From the NCBI GenBank assembly GCA_963781585.1, contig CAWAGQ010000008.1, forward strand, positions 1-64,000: a DNA stretch of 64,000 bases, given 5' to 3'. The stretch's first letter is position 1. Each line of letters starts with the position of its first letter. This DNA comes from an uncultured Gemmatimonadaceae bacterium. GTDB taxonomy: Bacteria > Gemmatimonadota > Gemmatimonadetes > Gemmatimonadales > Gemmatimonadaceae. Positions 18,082-27,670 of the stretch are shown here, one piece after another. The translations under genes were made by a program, and so were the position numbers. The notes under the pieces were generated by a model. The model did no database searches. It saw only the letters and a program-made list of their open reading frames with translations, and was not told where the DNA came from.

Positions 18082-18327
18082 ATGGAATACGATGTTCTGG
18101 AAGCTCGCCTCGTCCGCGACTACGTCATCTGGCTCCGTTTCCGCGACGGCACCAGCGGTGAGGTCGACCTCGAAAACGAGCTGCACGGCCGCATCTTCGG
18201 ACCGCTGCGAGATCCTGACCTCTTCCGCCGGTTCGTCGTCCATCCCGAGTTCGAGACGCTGGTGTGGCCGAACGGCGCAGACATCGCGCCGGAGCATCTC
18301 TACGAACGTGTGAAAGTCGCGGCGTAG
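18082..18327 (+). CDS. DUF2442 family putative antitoxin
   Basis: YVIWLRFRDGTSGEVDL..FGPLRDPDLF..TLVWPNGADIAPEHLY. Confidence 0.9.
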   Translation: MEYDVLEARLVRDYVIWLRFRDGTSGEVDLENELHGRIFGPLRDPDLFRRFVVHPEFETLVWPNGADIAPEHLYERVKVAA

Positions 18328-18444
18328 AGGTTTGGGGATTCATCCGCCCTCCTGCCCCCGCGCGTTCACGCATCCTCCCGCGCCATTCGCCTCCGCATTG
18401 CCGCCTGCTCGCGGGCGACCGCCCGCGCCGGCACCTTGCCGCCA

Positions 18445-18571
18445 GCAGCTCCTGGTACAGCCGGCGCTTCGTGAAGCGATCCACGCGCACGCTGGATGGG
18501 CTCAGGACTTCGACCGCCAGCAGCAGCGTCCTGATCTTCGACCAGTCCAGCGATCGCATCTCGTCCACCAC
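18445..18571 (-). pseudogene. Uma2 endonuclease internal fragment
   Basis: VDEMRSLDWSKIRTLLLAVEVLSPSSVRVDRFTKRRLYQE; near-identical to 19548-19668. Confidence 0.75.
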
Positions 18572-18730
18572 GCTCGCCCGTCTGACGATTCCGATCGAAT
18601 TGCGCTCGGCGTAACCGCCGGACGCAACACCACGCCACTTCCCGCACTGATCCGATGATGGTCCGCGACGGCCACTCCGCTACCCTCGGCGTATGTTCGC
18701 TTGCACCCACCGCCGAGCCGAGCGTACGCT

Positions 18731-19291
18731 ATGGGCATGCCCGCAGAGATCACTGAGTGGACCGCCGAGCTGGCGCGCGCGCTCCCCGACGACGGGAACC
18801 GGTACGAAGTGCTCGACGGCGAGCTGCTCGTGACACCGGCGCCGAGCGCACGGCACCAGCGCGCGCTGAAGGCACTGGCCTTCCTGCTCGACCCGTACGT
18901 GCGAATGCAGGCGTTGGGGGAATTGCTCTGGTCGCCCGCCGACATCGAGTTCGCACCGCGTCGTCTCGTTCAGCCGGATCTCTTCGTCGTGCCGCCGCTA
19001 CCGGTGGGGCGCAACTACTCCTGGCGCGACGTGTCGTCGTTGCTGCTTGCCGTTGAGATCATCTCCCCCACGACCGCCCGCGCCGATCGCTTCGAGAAAC
19101 GCACGATCTACCAGAGTCAGGGAGTGCCGGAGTACTGGATCGTCGATCTCGACGCGCGCGTCGTCGACCGCTGGCGCCCCGGGGACGATCGCCCGGAGAT
19201 CCTGGTCGAGTCCCTCACGTGGCAACCGCGTGAAGATGCGGCGCCGCTGGTGATCGATCTGCCGACGTACTTCGCGGAGGTGCTGGACTGA
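18731..19291 (+). CDS. Uma2 family (DUF820) endonuclease
   Basis: LPDDGNRYEVLDGELLVTPAP..HQ..VQPDLFV..LAVEIISP..DRFEKR..GVPEYWIVD; start 18731 or 18737. Confidence 0.92.
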   Translation: MGMPAEITEWTAELARALPDDGNRYEVLDGELLVTPAPSARHQRALKALAFLLDPYVRMQALGELLWSPADIEFAPRRLVQPDLFVVPPLPVGRNYSWRDVSSLLLAVEIISPTTARADRFEKRTIYQSQGVPEYWIVDLDARVVDRWRPGDDRPEILVESLTWQPREDAAPLVIDLPTYFAEVLD

Positions 19292-19380
19292 CTCGCTGAA
19301 GGCGGAACGCTGTCTCCTCTGCGCTGAACGCTGTTCGCTGCTCGCGACCGTGCGAGCGCCCTCACGCTCAACGCCGCAAT

Positions 19381-19929
19381 TCAGATCGGCCTGAACAGCT
19401 CCGCCAGTTCGATCACACACGGCGCGCCGGCACCGGCCGGCTCCCACACCAGCCGCTCGCGCTCGACCGCCGGGAAGCGGACCTCCGGCGTCCAGACCTC
19501 CACCTCGCGCGCATCGGCGTCCACGATCCAGTAGAGCGGGATGCCGACCTCCTGGTACAGCCGGCGTTTGGTGAAGCGATCCGCGCGCGCGCTCGACGGG
19601 CTCAGGACCTCGACCGCCAGCAACAGCGTCCTGATCTTCGACCAGTCCAGCGATCGCATCTCGTCGACTGTGACCACGTAGCGGTCGGGCTGTACGAGCG
19701 TATCGGGCGACCACGAGATGTCGCCAAGTGGCCCAAGGAGCAGTCCCACGGGCTCGCGCTCGAGATACGTCGCGAGCGCCAGGTGGAGTCGCATGAGCAC
19801 GATCTCGTGCCACGGGCGCGGCGAGGGGCTCACGAGCAACTCGCCGTACACGCACTCGTACTTCTTCCCGTCGTCGGGAAGTGCGCGGACCATGTCCGCG
19901 GTCCAGTAGACCGGCGCAGCCATACCCAT
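19381..19929 (-). CDS. Uma2 family (DUF820) endonuclease
   Basis: LPDDGKKYECVYGELLVSPSP..VQPDRYV..AVEVLSPSS..DRFTKRRLY..GIPLYWIVD. Confidence 0.92.
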   Translation of the reverse strand: MGMAAPVYWTADMVRALPDDGKKYECVYGELLVSPSPRPWHEIVLMRLHLALATYLEREPVGLLLGPLGDISWSPDTLVQPDRYVVTVDEMRSLDWSKIRTLLLAVEVLSPSSARADRFTKRRLYQEVGIPLYWIVDADAREVEVWTPEVRFPAVERERLVWEPAGAGAPCVIELAELFRPI

Positions 19930-20059
19930 ACGTTCGGCTCGGCGAAGGGGAAATGGCAAGAGGACACACGGGACCACGCGATCCACCCAGGGCGGTCCCA
20001 TCACCGTGGCGTTGCCGCCGGCATCATACGAGCGCAACGGGCGCCGATCGCGTCAGCGA

Positions 20060-20261
20060 CGGTGTCGTTTTCGTGGCCCGGCGACCTGGACTTCGCCCCG
20101 GCCGCGATGTCCGACGAGATCAGGGCACACGGCACCTGGGTGGTGCGGTAGCGTCCCTCGCCCGTTTTGGCTGCTTTCCTGACCGGCGGCTTGCGAGTCG
20201 GTTTGTCGACGAAGCCACGCTCGCCCGTCGGACGATTCCGATTGAATTGCGCTCGGCGTAA
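20060..20261 (+). pseudogene. Adjacent 3' remnants of a DUF2442 gene (to 20151) and a DUF2283 gene (20192-20261)
   Basis: SWPGDLDFAPAAMSDEIRAHGTWVVR* resembles the end of 13551; ASRFVDEATLARRTIPIELRSA* resembles the end of 9149. Confidence 0.65.
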
Positions 20262-20377
20262 CCGCAGGACGCCACACTACGCCACGCCCCGCACTGATTC
20301 GATGATGGTCCGCGCCGGCCACCGCACTACCCTCGGCGTATGTTCGCTTGCATTTACCGCCGAGCCGAGCGTACGCT

Positions 20378-20938
20378 ATGGGCATGCCCGCAGAGATCAC
20401 CGAGTGGACCGCCGAGCTGGCGCGCGCGCTTCCCGACGACGGGAACCGGTACGAAGTGCTCGACGGCGAGTTGTTCGTGACCCCGGCCCCGTCAGCTCCT
20501 CATCAGCGAGCCGTCGGGCGCCTGTTTGCAGGGCTCGACATGTACGTGCGGGCACATGGACTCGGCGAGGTCTTCTTCTCACCAGCAGACGTCGAGTTCA
20601 GCCCGGGTCGCCTGGTCCAGCCGGATCTGTTCGTGGTGCCAGCCGGATCATCCGGACGACTTGGCTCGTGGCGCGACATCACCTCGCTTCTTCTCAGCGT
20701 GGAGATCGTGTCGCCGGCGACCGCGCGCGCAGATCGCCTGAGGAAACGTGCGATCTACCAGAGTGAGGGGGTGCCGGAGTACTGGATCGTCGATCTCGAC
20801 GCCCGCATCGTGGAACGCTGGCTCCCTGCGGACGCGCGACCGGAGGTCCTGACCGAGTCCCTCATCTGGCAGCCGCGGCGCGACGTCGAGCCGCTCGCGA
20901 TCGACCTCCCGGACTTCTTCGCGGACGTGCTGGCCTGA
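20378..20938 (+). CDS. Uma2 family (DUF820) endonuclease
   Basis: Paralogue of 18731..19291 with the same motifs. Confidence 0.92.
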   Translation: MGMPAEITEWTAELARALPDDGNRYEVLDGELFVTPAPSAPHQRAVGRLFAGLDMYVRAHGLGEVFFSPADVEFSPGRLVQPDLFVVPAGSSGRLGSWRDITSLLLSVEIVSPATARADRLRKRAIYQSEGVPEYWIVDLDARIVERWLPADARPEVLTESLIWQPRRDVEPLAIDLPDFFADVLA

Positions 20939-20942
20939 CGGT

Positions 20943-21018
20943 AATTGGGGTCCGACTCGATTTCCCCAAGCTGAATAGGGTCAGCTCGATTTGCATGAAT
21001 CGACTCTGACCCCCGATT
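20943..21018. repeat. REP-like cluster (AATTGGGGTCAGACTCGAATT family), three copies, between convergent genes
   Basis: Copies at 20943, 20974 and an inverted one at 20998-21018; the same family occurs at 52445, 52526, 53883 and 53922. Confidence 0.65.
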
Positions 21019-21019
21019 C

Positions 21020-21970
21020 CTACGCGCGCTGAAGCTGCCCCTGCCCCTGTCCCACCGGCGCCAGCCAGCCGCGATACTGCGGCGCGCGCCCGTGCACCGC
21101 CTCGAAGAACGTCTCCTGGATCCGTCGCGTGATTGGTCCGGGCTTCCCGTCGCCCACCACGTGCCCCTCGACTTCCTTGATCGGCGTCACTTCGACCGCG
21201 GTCCCGCAGAAGAACATCTCGTCCGCCGCGTCCAGGTCGGCCCGCACCATCGGCCGGATCTCCACCGGAATGCTGAGGTCGCGCGCGATCGTGAGCACGC
21301 TGTCGCGCGTGATCCCGGGAAGGATCGACGCGTCGATGTCGTTCGTGATCAGCGTCCCCTGCCTGACGAGACACAGGTTCGCCCCGGATCCTTCGGCCAC
21401 GTCGCCCCTCGTATTCAATAGAACGGCTTCGTCGTAGCCCTTGCGGATCGCCTCCTGCACGGCGCGCACCGCGTTGGTGTAGTGGCCGCAGGCCTTCACG
21501 TGCGGCGGCAGTGTCGATGCATCGATGCGCCGCACACTGGAGACCATCACCCGCACCCCATGCTCCGGCCCGCCCTGCAGATACTGCCGCCCGGGCACGC
21601 CGATGATGACGACGGTCACCGGACAGTCCTTCGGCCACACGCTGAAGCTGTACGAGTCGAAGAACGCCAGCGGCCGCAGGTACATGCTCTCGAGACCGTT
21701 CGCGCGGACCACCTCGAGCGCGGCCGTCATCAGCTGCTCGACGCTGTACGGGATCCCGATCTCGTAGAAGCTCGCCGACATGAGGAGGCGCTTCATGTGG
21801 GCGTCGAGGCGGAAGATCGCCGGGCCGTCGGGCGTGTCGTACGATCGCATCCCCTCGAAGACGCCGGTGCCGTACTGCAGCGCGTGCGCCGACACGTGCA
21901 CGCGGGCGTCATCCCACGGCACGAGGGCGCCGTTCATCCAGATGTGTTCGGTCTTCTTGAAGCCGGGCAT
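21020..21970 (-). CDS. ilvE: Branched-chain amino acid aminotransferase
   Basis: HALQYGTGVFEGMRSY, YLRPL, K(ACGHY) PLP lysine region, AEGSGAN, ILPGITR, DEMFFCGTAVEVTP. Confidence 0.93.
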   Translation of the reverse strand: MPGFKKTEHIWMNGALVPWDDARVHVSAHALQYGTGVFEGMRSYDTPDGPAIFRLDAHMKRLLMSASFYEIGIPYSVEQLMTAALEVVRANGLESMYLRPLAFFDSYSFSVWPKDCPVTVVIIGVPGRQYLQGGPEHGVRVMVSSVRRIDASTLPPHVKACGHYTNAVRAVQEAIRKGYDEAVLLNTRGDVAEGSGANLCLVRQGTLITNDIDASILPGITRDSVLTIARDLSIPVEIRPMVRADLDAADEMFFCGTAVEVTPIKEVEGHVVGDGKPGPITRRIQETFFEAVHGRAPQYRGWLAPVGQGQGQLQRA

Positions 21971-22178
21971 GGGCGCGAGGGAAGAAGAGGTAGTGGAGGA
22001 GAGGGGAATGGCAGTATGGACGAAGGCGAGCGGCGCGGCAAGCTTGAGCCGTCAGGGGACAAATGGAAGGGCGCGCCAGCGGCGTGCGAATGCGCGCGCG
22101 GTCAGGCGGGCCGGTTCTTCGGCTGAAGGCGCCAGGTACCGGCTCAAGTCCTGTGGCTGGTGCGCGGAGATCGCACCG

Positions 22179-22448
22179 CTACGCCGCCAGCACCGGCGCG
22201 AGGTCCCGTCTCTTCACCGGCGCGCATCCGACCGCCTTCAGCACGCGATTCATTGCTGCAACTGTGACTTTGCCCGGCGCCGTAATCTCCACGCCGATCG
22301 CCCGGTTGCCGTGCGCAAAATCGATGACCAGCCCCGCGTCCGCGCGCTTCGATCGCACGCTCCGGTCACCCGGCCGCCGCGGCAGCAGGAGATAGCCCGC
22401 CACCGGCCGGCCATTTCGATAGGTGACCTGAAGGGAGATTGGTTTCAT
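22179..22448 (-). CDS. DUF2283-like putative antitoxin
   Basis: LQVTYRNGRPVAGYLLL..GLVIDF..IGVEITAP; ATGA overlap with the upstream gene. Confidence 0.7.
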   Translation of the reverse strand: MKPISLQVTYRNGRPVAGYLLLPRRPGDRSVRSKRADAGLVIDFAHGNRAIGVEITAPGKVTVAAMNRVLKAVGCAPVKRRDLAPVLAA

Positions 22449-22711
22449 GCGTCCTCCTCCTCCCCGCTGACGCGATACGCGGTGATGACCAGCAGGATTC
22501 GCTCGTCGTGCAGGGGCTCGACGATCACTTCCCATGGGCGATTCCGAAAGTGCGTTCGTATCAGCCACCGCCCAGGAACGACGTCGTGGCTGAGCTCAGG
22601 ATCCCGTTCGAGCATAGCGCGCAGCTCGACCTCTGTGAAGCCTCGGTCTTCCATCCGGTCAAGGATGTGATCGGTGAACGCAAGCTCCCAGTGCCACCAG
22701 AAAGGAACCAT
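22445..22711 (-). CDS. DUF4258-like putative toxin
   Basis: FTDHILDRMEDRGFTEVELR..WEVIVEP..LLVITAY. Confidence 0.75.
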   Translation of the reverse strand: MVPFWWHWELAFTDHILDRMEDRGFTEVELRAMLERDPELSHDVVPGRWLIRTHFRNRPWEVIVEPLHDERILLVITAYRVSGEEEDA

Positions 22712-22946
22712 CTTGCCAGCTCTTGCCTCCCGGAGACGCATCCCCGGGAAGTTCGACGGGCGCACTGCCTTCGCTGGCATCAGCGCATTGCACGGCGAAG
22801 CACGGGAACGCAGGGTCGGCTGTGGCCTGCTTCTCGAGGCGGCCCCGGCCAGCTGACATACTTCCTTCGATCGCCGTATTCTTTTGATGCGCCCGGAGAG
22901 GGAATGGTCCGCCGGTCTTCACAGGGAGCGCCTATGATCGACGAAC

Positions 22947-23330
22947 ATGGGAATCTTCCGCACCACCATCTGCGTGGCGCATCTCGCGCGTCCCGCCGAG
23001 CAACACGAGCTCTTCGACGTGATGGTCGACACGGGAAGCGAGTACAACTGGATTCCCGCCTCCGTCCTGGATCAGCTGGGCATCGAGCCGGAACGGATCG
23101 ACCGGTTCGAGACCGCCGACGGTCGCGTGCTCGAGCGACCGGTCGCGTTCGCCCTGGTCTTCGCCGGCGGGCGCTCGGCGCCCAGCGTCGTGGTGCGCGC
23201 GGAGCCGGGCGACTCGATCCTCCTCGGCGCACACGGCCTCGAAGGCCTCAACCTCCGCGTCGATCTCGCTCGCAAGGAACTGGTGCCGGCCGGGCCGGTG
23301 CCAGCGGCAGCGGCAGCGGCAGCGAGTTGA
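22947..23330 (+). CDS. Small retropepsin-like (clan AA) aspartic protease
   Basis: MVDTGSEY catalytic motif, FETADGR flap, ILLGAHGLEGLNLRVD. Confidence 0.82.
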   Translation: MGIFRTTICVAHLARPAEQHELFDVMVDTGSEYNWIPASVLDQLGIEPERIDRFETADGRVLERPVAFALVFAGGRSAPSVVVRAEPGDSILLGAHGLEGLNLRVDLARKELVPAGPVPAAAAAAAS

Positions 23331-23337
23331 TCGACAT

Positions 23338-23466
23338 ACAGCTCTCAGGTATCAGATATCAGTTATCGGCTCGGCTATCAGCTATGAGCGGTGAGCGGTG
23401 AGGTCATCCGTCCTATCCGCTCCATCCGCTCCATCCGCTCCATCCGCTCCATCCGCTCCTACCGTC
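23338..23466. repeat. Degenerate heptamer run followed by (ATCCGCTCC)x5
   Basis: Five perfect 9-mers at 23415-23459, preceded by TCAG(C/G/A/T)TA-type heptamers. Confidence 0.8.
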
Positions 23467-23523
23467 TTCACCCGCCCCTATCCGCACCATCCGCTTGATC
23501 CGTATTCATCCGCAGGCATCGGC

Positions 23524-26500
23524 TCACCCCGGCCCCAGCACTCTCTCCACCTCCGCCTTCACCGCGTCCAGCTCCTTCCGCAGCGTCTGGTACCTCGCGA
23601 TCGCGTCACGCCCGATCTTCTCGTCCGTCCCGTTGGTCATCCCGGCGAGATACGTGATGTGCGCCTGGAGCCCCGGCTTCCCGTAGCGCACCGGCTCCGT
23701 CAACAACTGCGCCGCGATCGGCGTGAGCCGCGACAGCGTGTCCGCCGCCGCGCCGGTCGCGCTCGTCAGGCGCCGCTGCGCACTCTCGACCCGCGTCACC
23801 AGCCGACCCACCTCCTGCACCATGTCGCGCATCCGGATGTTGTGCTCGAACTGCTCGCGCAGATCGGCCACCGTCACGCCCTCGGCCGCGATGCGCGGAT
23901 CGATCAGCACCGTGAACGGCACGGTTTTCGTGACGCTCCCCGTGGTGAGCCGGGCCTGATACTGCCCCGGCGGCGCGGTCACCCCCGCCGAATGCCGCAC
24001 GTCCCAGACGAAGCGATTCATGCCGGCGTTCTTCGTCACCCGGCTCGCCACCCCACCGCCGCGGCCGAATCGTCCTCCCGCCGGTGCGGCGCCCGCCTCC
24101 TCCTCGGCCCCACCCGCGGCGGCCGCTCCACCAGCACCGGCGCCTCGTCCGCCACCGCGCCCACCTCGTCCGCCGCGCCCGGCTAGCGCGGGGGCATCGC
24201 TGCTGTACGAGTTCACGGTCTCGCCGGCCGCATTCAGGATGTCGATCTTCACCGCGCCGTCGGGGACAGTGGGCAGGTAGTACTCGATGGTCGGGCTCAG
24301 GTACTCGGCCCCCGCGCGCGTGCGATACCCGTCGCGGGGCCTGTAGAGCTGTACGTCGGCGGCTGTCACCTGCGGTGTGATCTGATGCAGCGACGAAATG
24401 TCGTCGAGCATCCAGATCGCCCGGCCCTGGGTGGCGATAACCAGGTCGTTGTGATAGACCCGGATGTCGTTGATCGGCACGTTAGGCATGTTGAGCTGGA
24501 ACGGCTGCCAGTGGGCCCCGTTGTCGAACGAGATGTACAGCCCGTATTCGGTGCCCGCGTACAGCAGCCCCTCGCGATCGGGATCCTCGCGCACCACCCG
24601 CGTGGGCGAGTCGCCCGGAATGCCGTTCGCCCCGTCGGTGAGCTTCTTCCAGCTGGCGCCGTAATCGTCTGTTCTATAGATGTACGGCTGGAAGTCGCCG
24701 AGCAGGTAGCGATAGACCGCGTAGTAGGCGGAGCCCCGGCGATGCGGTGACGCGTCGATCCAGGCCACGCGGCCGCCGGGCGGGAGGTCTTTGGGCGTGA
24801 TGTTCTTCCACGTCTTCCCGTTGTCGCGCGTGAGGAAGAACGGGCCGTCGTTGGAGCCGGTCCAGATGACCCCGGTCTCGAACGGCGATTCGGTGATCGC
24901 GTACAGCGTGCTGTAGAACTCCTCGCCGGTCACGTCGCGCGTGATCGGCTCGCCGCTCGCGCCCTGGCAGCACGCCGGATGCGCGGTGAGGTCGGGCGAG
25001 ATTGTCTGCCACGTCACGCCGAGGTCGCGGCTGCGGTGCAGGTACTGGGAGCCGTAGTACACGACGCTGGTGTCGTGCGGCGATGTGGCCATCGGCGACA
25101 CGCGCTGGAACCGGTAGATCAGATCGCTCGCCGGGTTGCCGTACAGCGACTGGGCCCCGATCCAGTAGTTCCTCGATTGTCCCGTGCGCATGTCCATCAC
25201 CTCGAACTGTCCCTTGCACGCGCCGTAGACGATGTCGGGGTCCTTCGGGTGCGGCATGATCGGTCCCGTTTCACACCCGGGGCCGCCCTGCCAGTCGTCG
25301 CGGTTGTACGGCTCGGCGACGCTCAAGATGATCACGGTCGACGCGTCCTGCTGCGCTCCGTAGATGTGATACGGGAATTCCTCGTCCATCCACACGCCGT
25401 AGATCTCCGACGTGGGCTGGTTCATCTGCGACGACCAGGTGCGTCCGCCGTCGGTGGAGACGTTGGCGCCGCCGTCGTTCGACTGGATCATCACGTTCCC
25501 GTCGTTGGGATTGATCCAGATATCATGGTTGTCGCCGTGGGGCGTGCGCAGTGTCTGCCAGGTCTGACCGCCGTCGGCCGTCTTGTAGAAGCCCTCGGCG
25601 CCGCCGTAGGCGACATCGGCGTTGGTGGGGTCGGCGCCTAACGTGGTGTAGTAGAACGGGCGCTGGATCATCCCCGCTGGCGACGGCAGCGCGTGCCACG
25701 ACTGCCCGGCGTCGTCCGAGCGGTACATCCCGCCCCCCGGCTTGGCCTCGACCAGCGCGTAGATGCGGCTCGGGTTGGCCGCCGTCACCGCCAGGTTACC
25801 CTTGCCGATCAGGTCGTTGGGCAGGCCGGCGGTGATGTGGGTCCAGGTGTCGCCGCCGTCGGTGCTCCTGTAGAAGCCCCCCTCGTGCGATCCGCTGATG
25901 ATCGTCCACGGCTTCCGCTCCAGGCGGTTCATCCACGCGTACACCACCATCGGGTCGCCGGGCTGGAGCTCCACGTCCATCGCACCGACGCTGTCGGCGA
26001 TGTAGAGCGTCTTCTTCCAGTTCCTGCCGCCGTCAGTGGTCTTGAAGACGCCGCGTTCCTCGTTAGGCTTGAAGGCGTTGCCGTAGGCGGCCACCCACAC
26101 GGTATTGGGGTCGGTGGGATGGATCCGGACCGCGCCGATCTGGCCGGCGTCGTGGAGACCCGCGAATTCCCAGGTCGTGCCACCGTCGGTGGTGCGATAC
26201 ACGCCCAGCCCGGTCGAGACGTTGCTCCGCACCCCGTCCGAACCGGTGCCCAGGTAGATGATGTTGGGATCCGATTCGGCCACCGCGATCGAGCCGGTGG
26301 AGCCGAGCGGCACCTTGCCGTCGGTGATCGGCATCCAGTTGGTGCCGCCGTCGGTGGTGCGGAAGACGCCGCCGCTCGCCACACCCATGTAGAAGGTCCG
26401 CGGTTGCGATGGCACGCCGGTGACCGTGGTCACCCGGCCGCCGCGCGACGGCCCGACCAGCCGGTACCGGAGTCCGCGAAAGAGCGCGCTGTCGACCGAG

Positions 26501-26655
26501 GCCATCATCGGCGCGCCGCCCGCCTGACGCGCCGCAGATGCGCGAGCGCTGGACTGCGATCCGGGAGGCGGGGGGGCCGGGCGCGATTGCGCGGAAGAAA
26601 CAGAAGGCGTGAGCGCGCAAAGGGACAACGCTAGCAGAGCGATCGGGCGGGACAT
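23524..26655 (-). CDS. VPS10/sortilin-like BNR-repeat glycosyl hydrolase
   Basis: Signal peptide; GPSRGGRV; many S/T-x-D-G-G-x-T/S-W Asp-boxes; PHGDNHD. Confidence 0.9.
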   Translation of the reverse strand: MSRPIALLALSLCALTPSVSSAQSRPAPPPPGSQSSARASAARQAGGAPMMASVDSALFRGLRYRLVGPSRGGRVTTVTGVPSQPRTFYMGVASGGVFRTTDGGTNWMPITDGKVPLGSTGSIAVAESDPNIIYLGTGSDGVRSNVSTGLGVYRTTDGGTTWEFAGLHDAGQIGAVRIHPTDPNTVWVAAYGNAFKPNEERGVFKTTDGGRNWKKTLYIADSVGAMDVELQPGDPMVVYAWMNRLERKPWTIISGSHEGGFYRSTDGGDTWTHITAGLPNDLIGKGNLAVTAANPSRIYALVEAKPGGGMYRSDDAGQSWHALPSPAGMIQRPFYYTTLGADPTNADVAYGGAEGFYKTADGGQTWQTLRTPHGDNHDIWINPNDGNVMIQSNDGGANVSTDGGRTWSSQMNQPTSEIYGVWMDEEFPYHIYGAQQDASTVIILSVAEPYNRDDWQGGPGCETGPIMPHPKDPDIVYGACKGQFEVMDMRTGQSRNYWIGAQSLYGNPASDLIYRFQRVSPMATSPHDTSVVYYGSQYLHRSRDLGVTWQTISPDLTAHPACCQGASGEPITRDVTGEEFYSTLYAITESPFETGVIWTGSNDGPFFLTRDNGKTWKNITPKDLPPGGRVAWIDASPHRRGSAYYAVYRYLLGDFQPYIYRTDDYGASWKKLTDGANGIPGDSPTRVVREDPDREGLLYAGTEYGLYISFDNGAHWQPFQLNMPNVPINDIRVYHNDLVIATQGRAIWMLDDISSLHQITPQVTAADVQLYRPRDGYRTRAGAEYLSPTIEYYLPTVPDGAVKIDILNAAGETVNSYSSDAPALAGRGGRGGRGGGRGAGAGGAAAAGGAEEEAGAAPAGGRFGRGGGVASRVTKNAGMNRFVWDVRHSAGVTAPPGQYQARLTTGSVTKTVPFTVLIDPRIAAEGVTVADLREQFEHNIRMRDMVQEVGRLVTRVESAQRRLTSATGAAADTLSRLTPIAAQLLTEPVRYGKPGLQAHITYLAGMTNGTDEKIGRDAIARYQTLRKELDAVKAEVERVLGPG

Positions 26656-26791
26656 CTCCACTCCTCGGCCTGGGGCCAACACGGGGGTCGACCGCCAATA
26701 TCGCAAAGGGCCGGGCCGGGAGCCAGACGCATCGGGCTGCCGGGTCGCCGTGGAGAGCTGGCCGCTGAACGCTGCCGGCTATTTGCTGCCG

Positions 26792-27670
26792 CTATCGCCC
26801 CGTCGAATCCACCTCGACCAGCCGGCGGCCCACCCACCCCGAAATCCCCTTTGCCCGCACGCGATACCAGCCCGCGCGCAATTCGCCGAGCTTGACGCGG
26901 GTATCGGGAGAGATCACACCAACGATGTCCGATTCGCGCGCCGGGTCGGCACGGACGTTCACCCACGTGATCGCGCTCGCGTCGATCCACTCGGCCGTCT
27001 CGCCTGACGATACCGCTTCGCTTACGAGCGTCTCGCGCACCGGTCGCTCATCGACCCGTGGAGGCGCGACGGGTGCCTGACGCGGCGCGGGCGTGAGCAC
27101 GCTGTCGGGCGCGGACGCAACGCCCGACGGGCGCGCGTTCCTCTCAGACGGCGGGGCGGTGTCGGCGCCGGCGAGCGCCAGCGTCACCGGCGCGGTCCGA
27201 TGCGACGTATCGGAAGATGCCATGGGCGAGGCGTTCGTCGCCGCTTCAGCAGTCTTCACGAGCTCGTCGTCCCTTGCGGCGGGCGGCGCCGGCGCGGGGG
27301 CTTTCTGCGGGGTCAGGTCGGCAACCGTCTTCGCAGGATCCGCCGTGTTGCGTTCAACGCCGGCTCTCTCCGCACTCCGGCCCCCTCCGGCCCGATACAA
27401 CTGCCAGGCACCGAAGCTCACGCTCGCCACCAGCAGCGCCGCGCCGACGCCCCACACCGCCGGCGTTATGCGCCGCTTCGGTTCCGGCGGCCCGCACCAG
27501 CGGCACGCGCCGGTTTGACGCGGGTAGTGGGCACCGCAGCTCTTGCAGCGCGCCAACGGGAGGAGGTCGCCGAAAGTACTCCGGATCTCGAGATGATGGC
27601 CGCACGTGGGGCACTGTGAGGCCGCGACAATTGCCTTGGCACCACATGCCTCACAGCGAACGAACTGCAT
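26792..27670 (-). CDS. Double zinc-ribbon, TM and C-terminal SH3b protein
   Basis: Four CxxC pairs, hydrophobic helix, Pro/Ala linker, VNVRADP..IVGVI..GWYRV..GWV. Confidence 0.75.
   Translation of the reverse strand: MQFVRCEACGAKAIVAASQCPTCGHHLEIRSTFGDLLPLARCKSCGAHYPRQTGACRWCGPPEPKRRITPAVWGVGAALLVASVSFGAWQLYRAGGGRSAERAGVERNTADPAKTVADLTPQKAPAPAPPAARDDELVKTAEAATNASPMASSDTSHRTAPVTLALAGADTAPPSERNARPSGVASAPDSVLTPAPRQAPVAPPRVDERPVRETLVSEAVSSGETAEWIDASAITWVNVRADPARESDIVGVISPDTRVKLGELRAGWYRVRAKGISGWVGRRLVEVDSTGR

Larger units (their letters stand above)
18568..20491 (+). repeat. ~275-bp direct repeat (18568-18844 and 20215-20491): DUF2283 tail, intergenic/promoter region and Uma2 5' end
   Basis: Collinear copies offset by 1647 bp; both encode TLAR.TIPIELRSA* and TTGCAY-18 bp-TACGCT-ATGGGCATG. 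Confidence 0.85.

Noticed and set aside
8698..20938. Integron cassette array (many small TA genes, GTTAGGC motifs)
   Set aside because: No integrase, genes are in mixed orientation, and no paired RYYYAAC..GTTRRRY sites were found between genes; the GTTAGGC copies are single and intragenic
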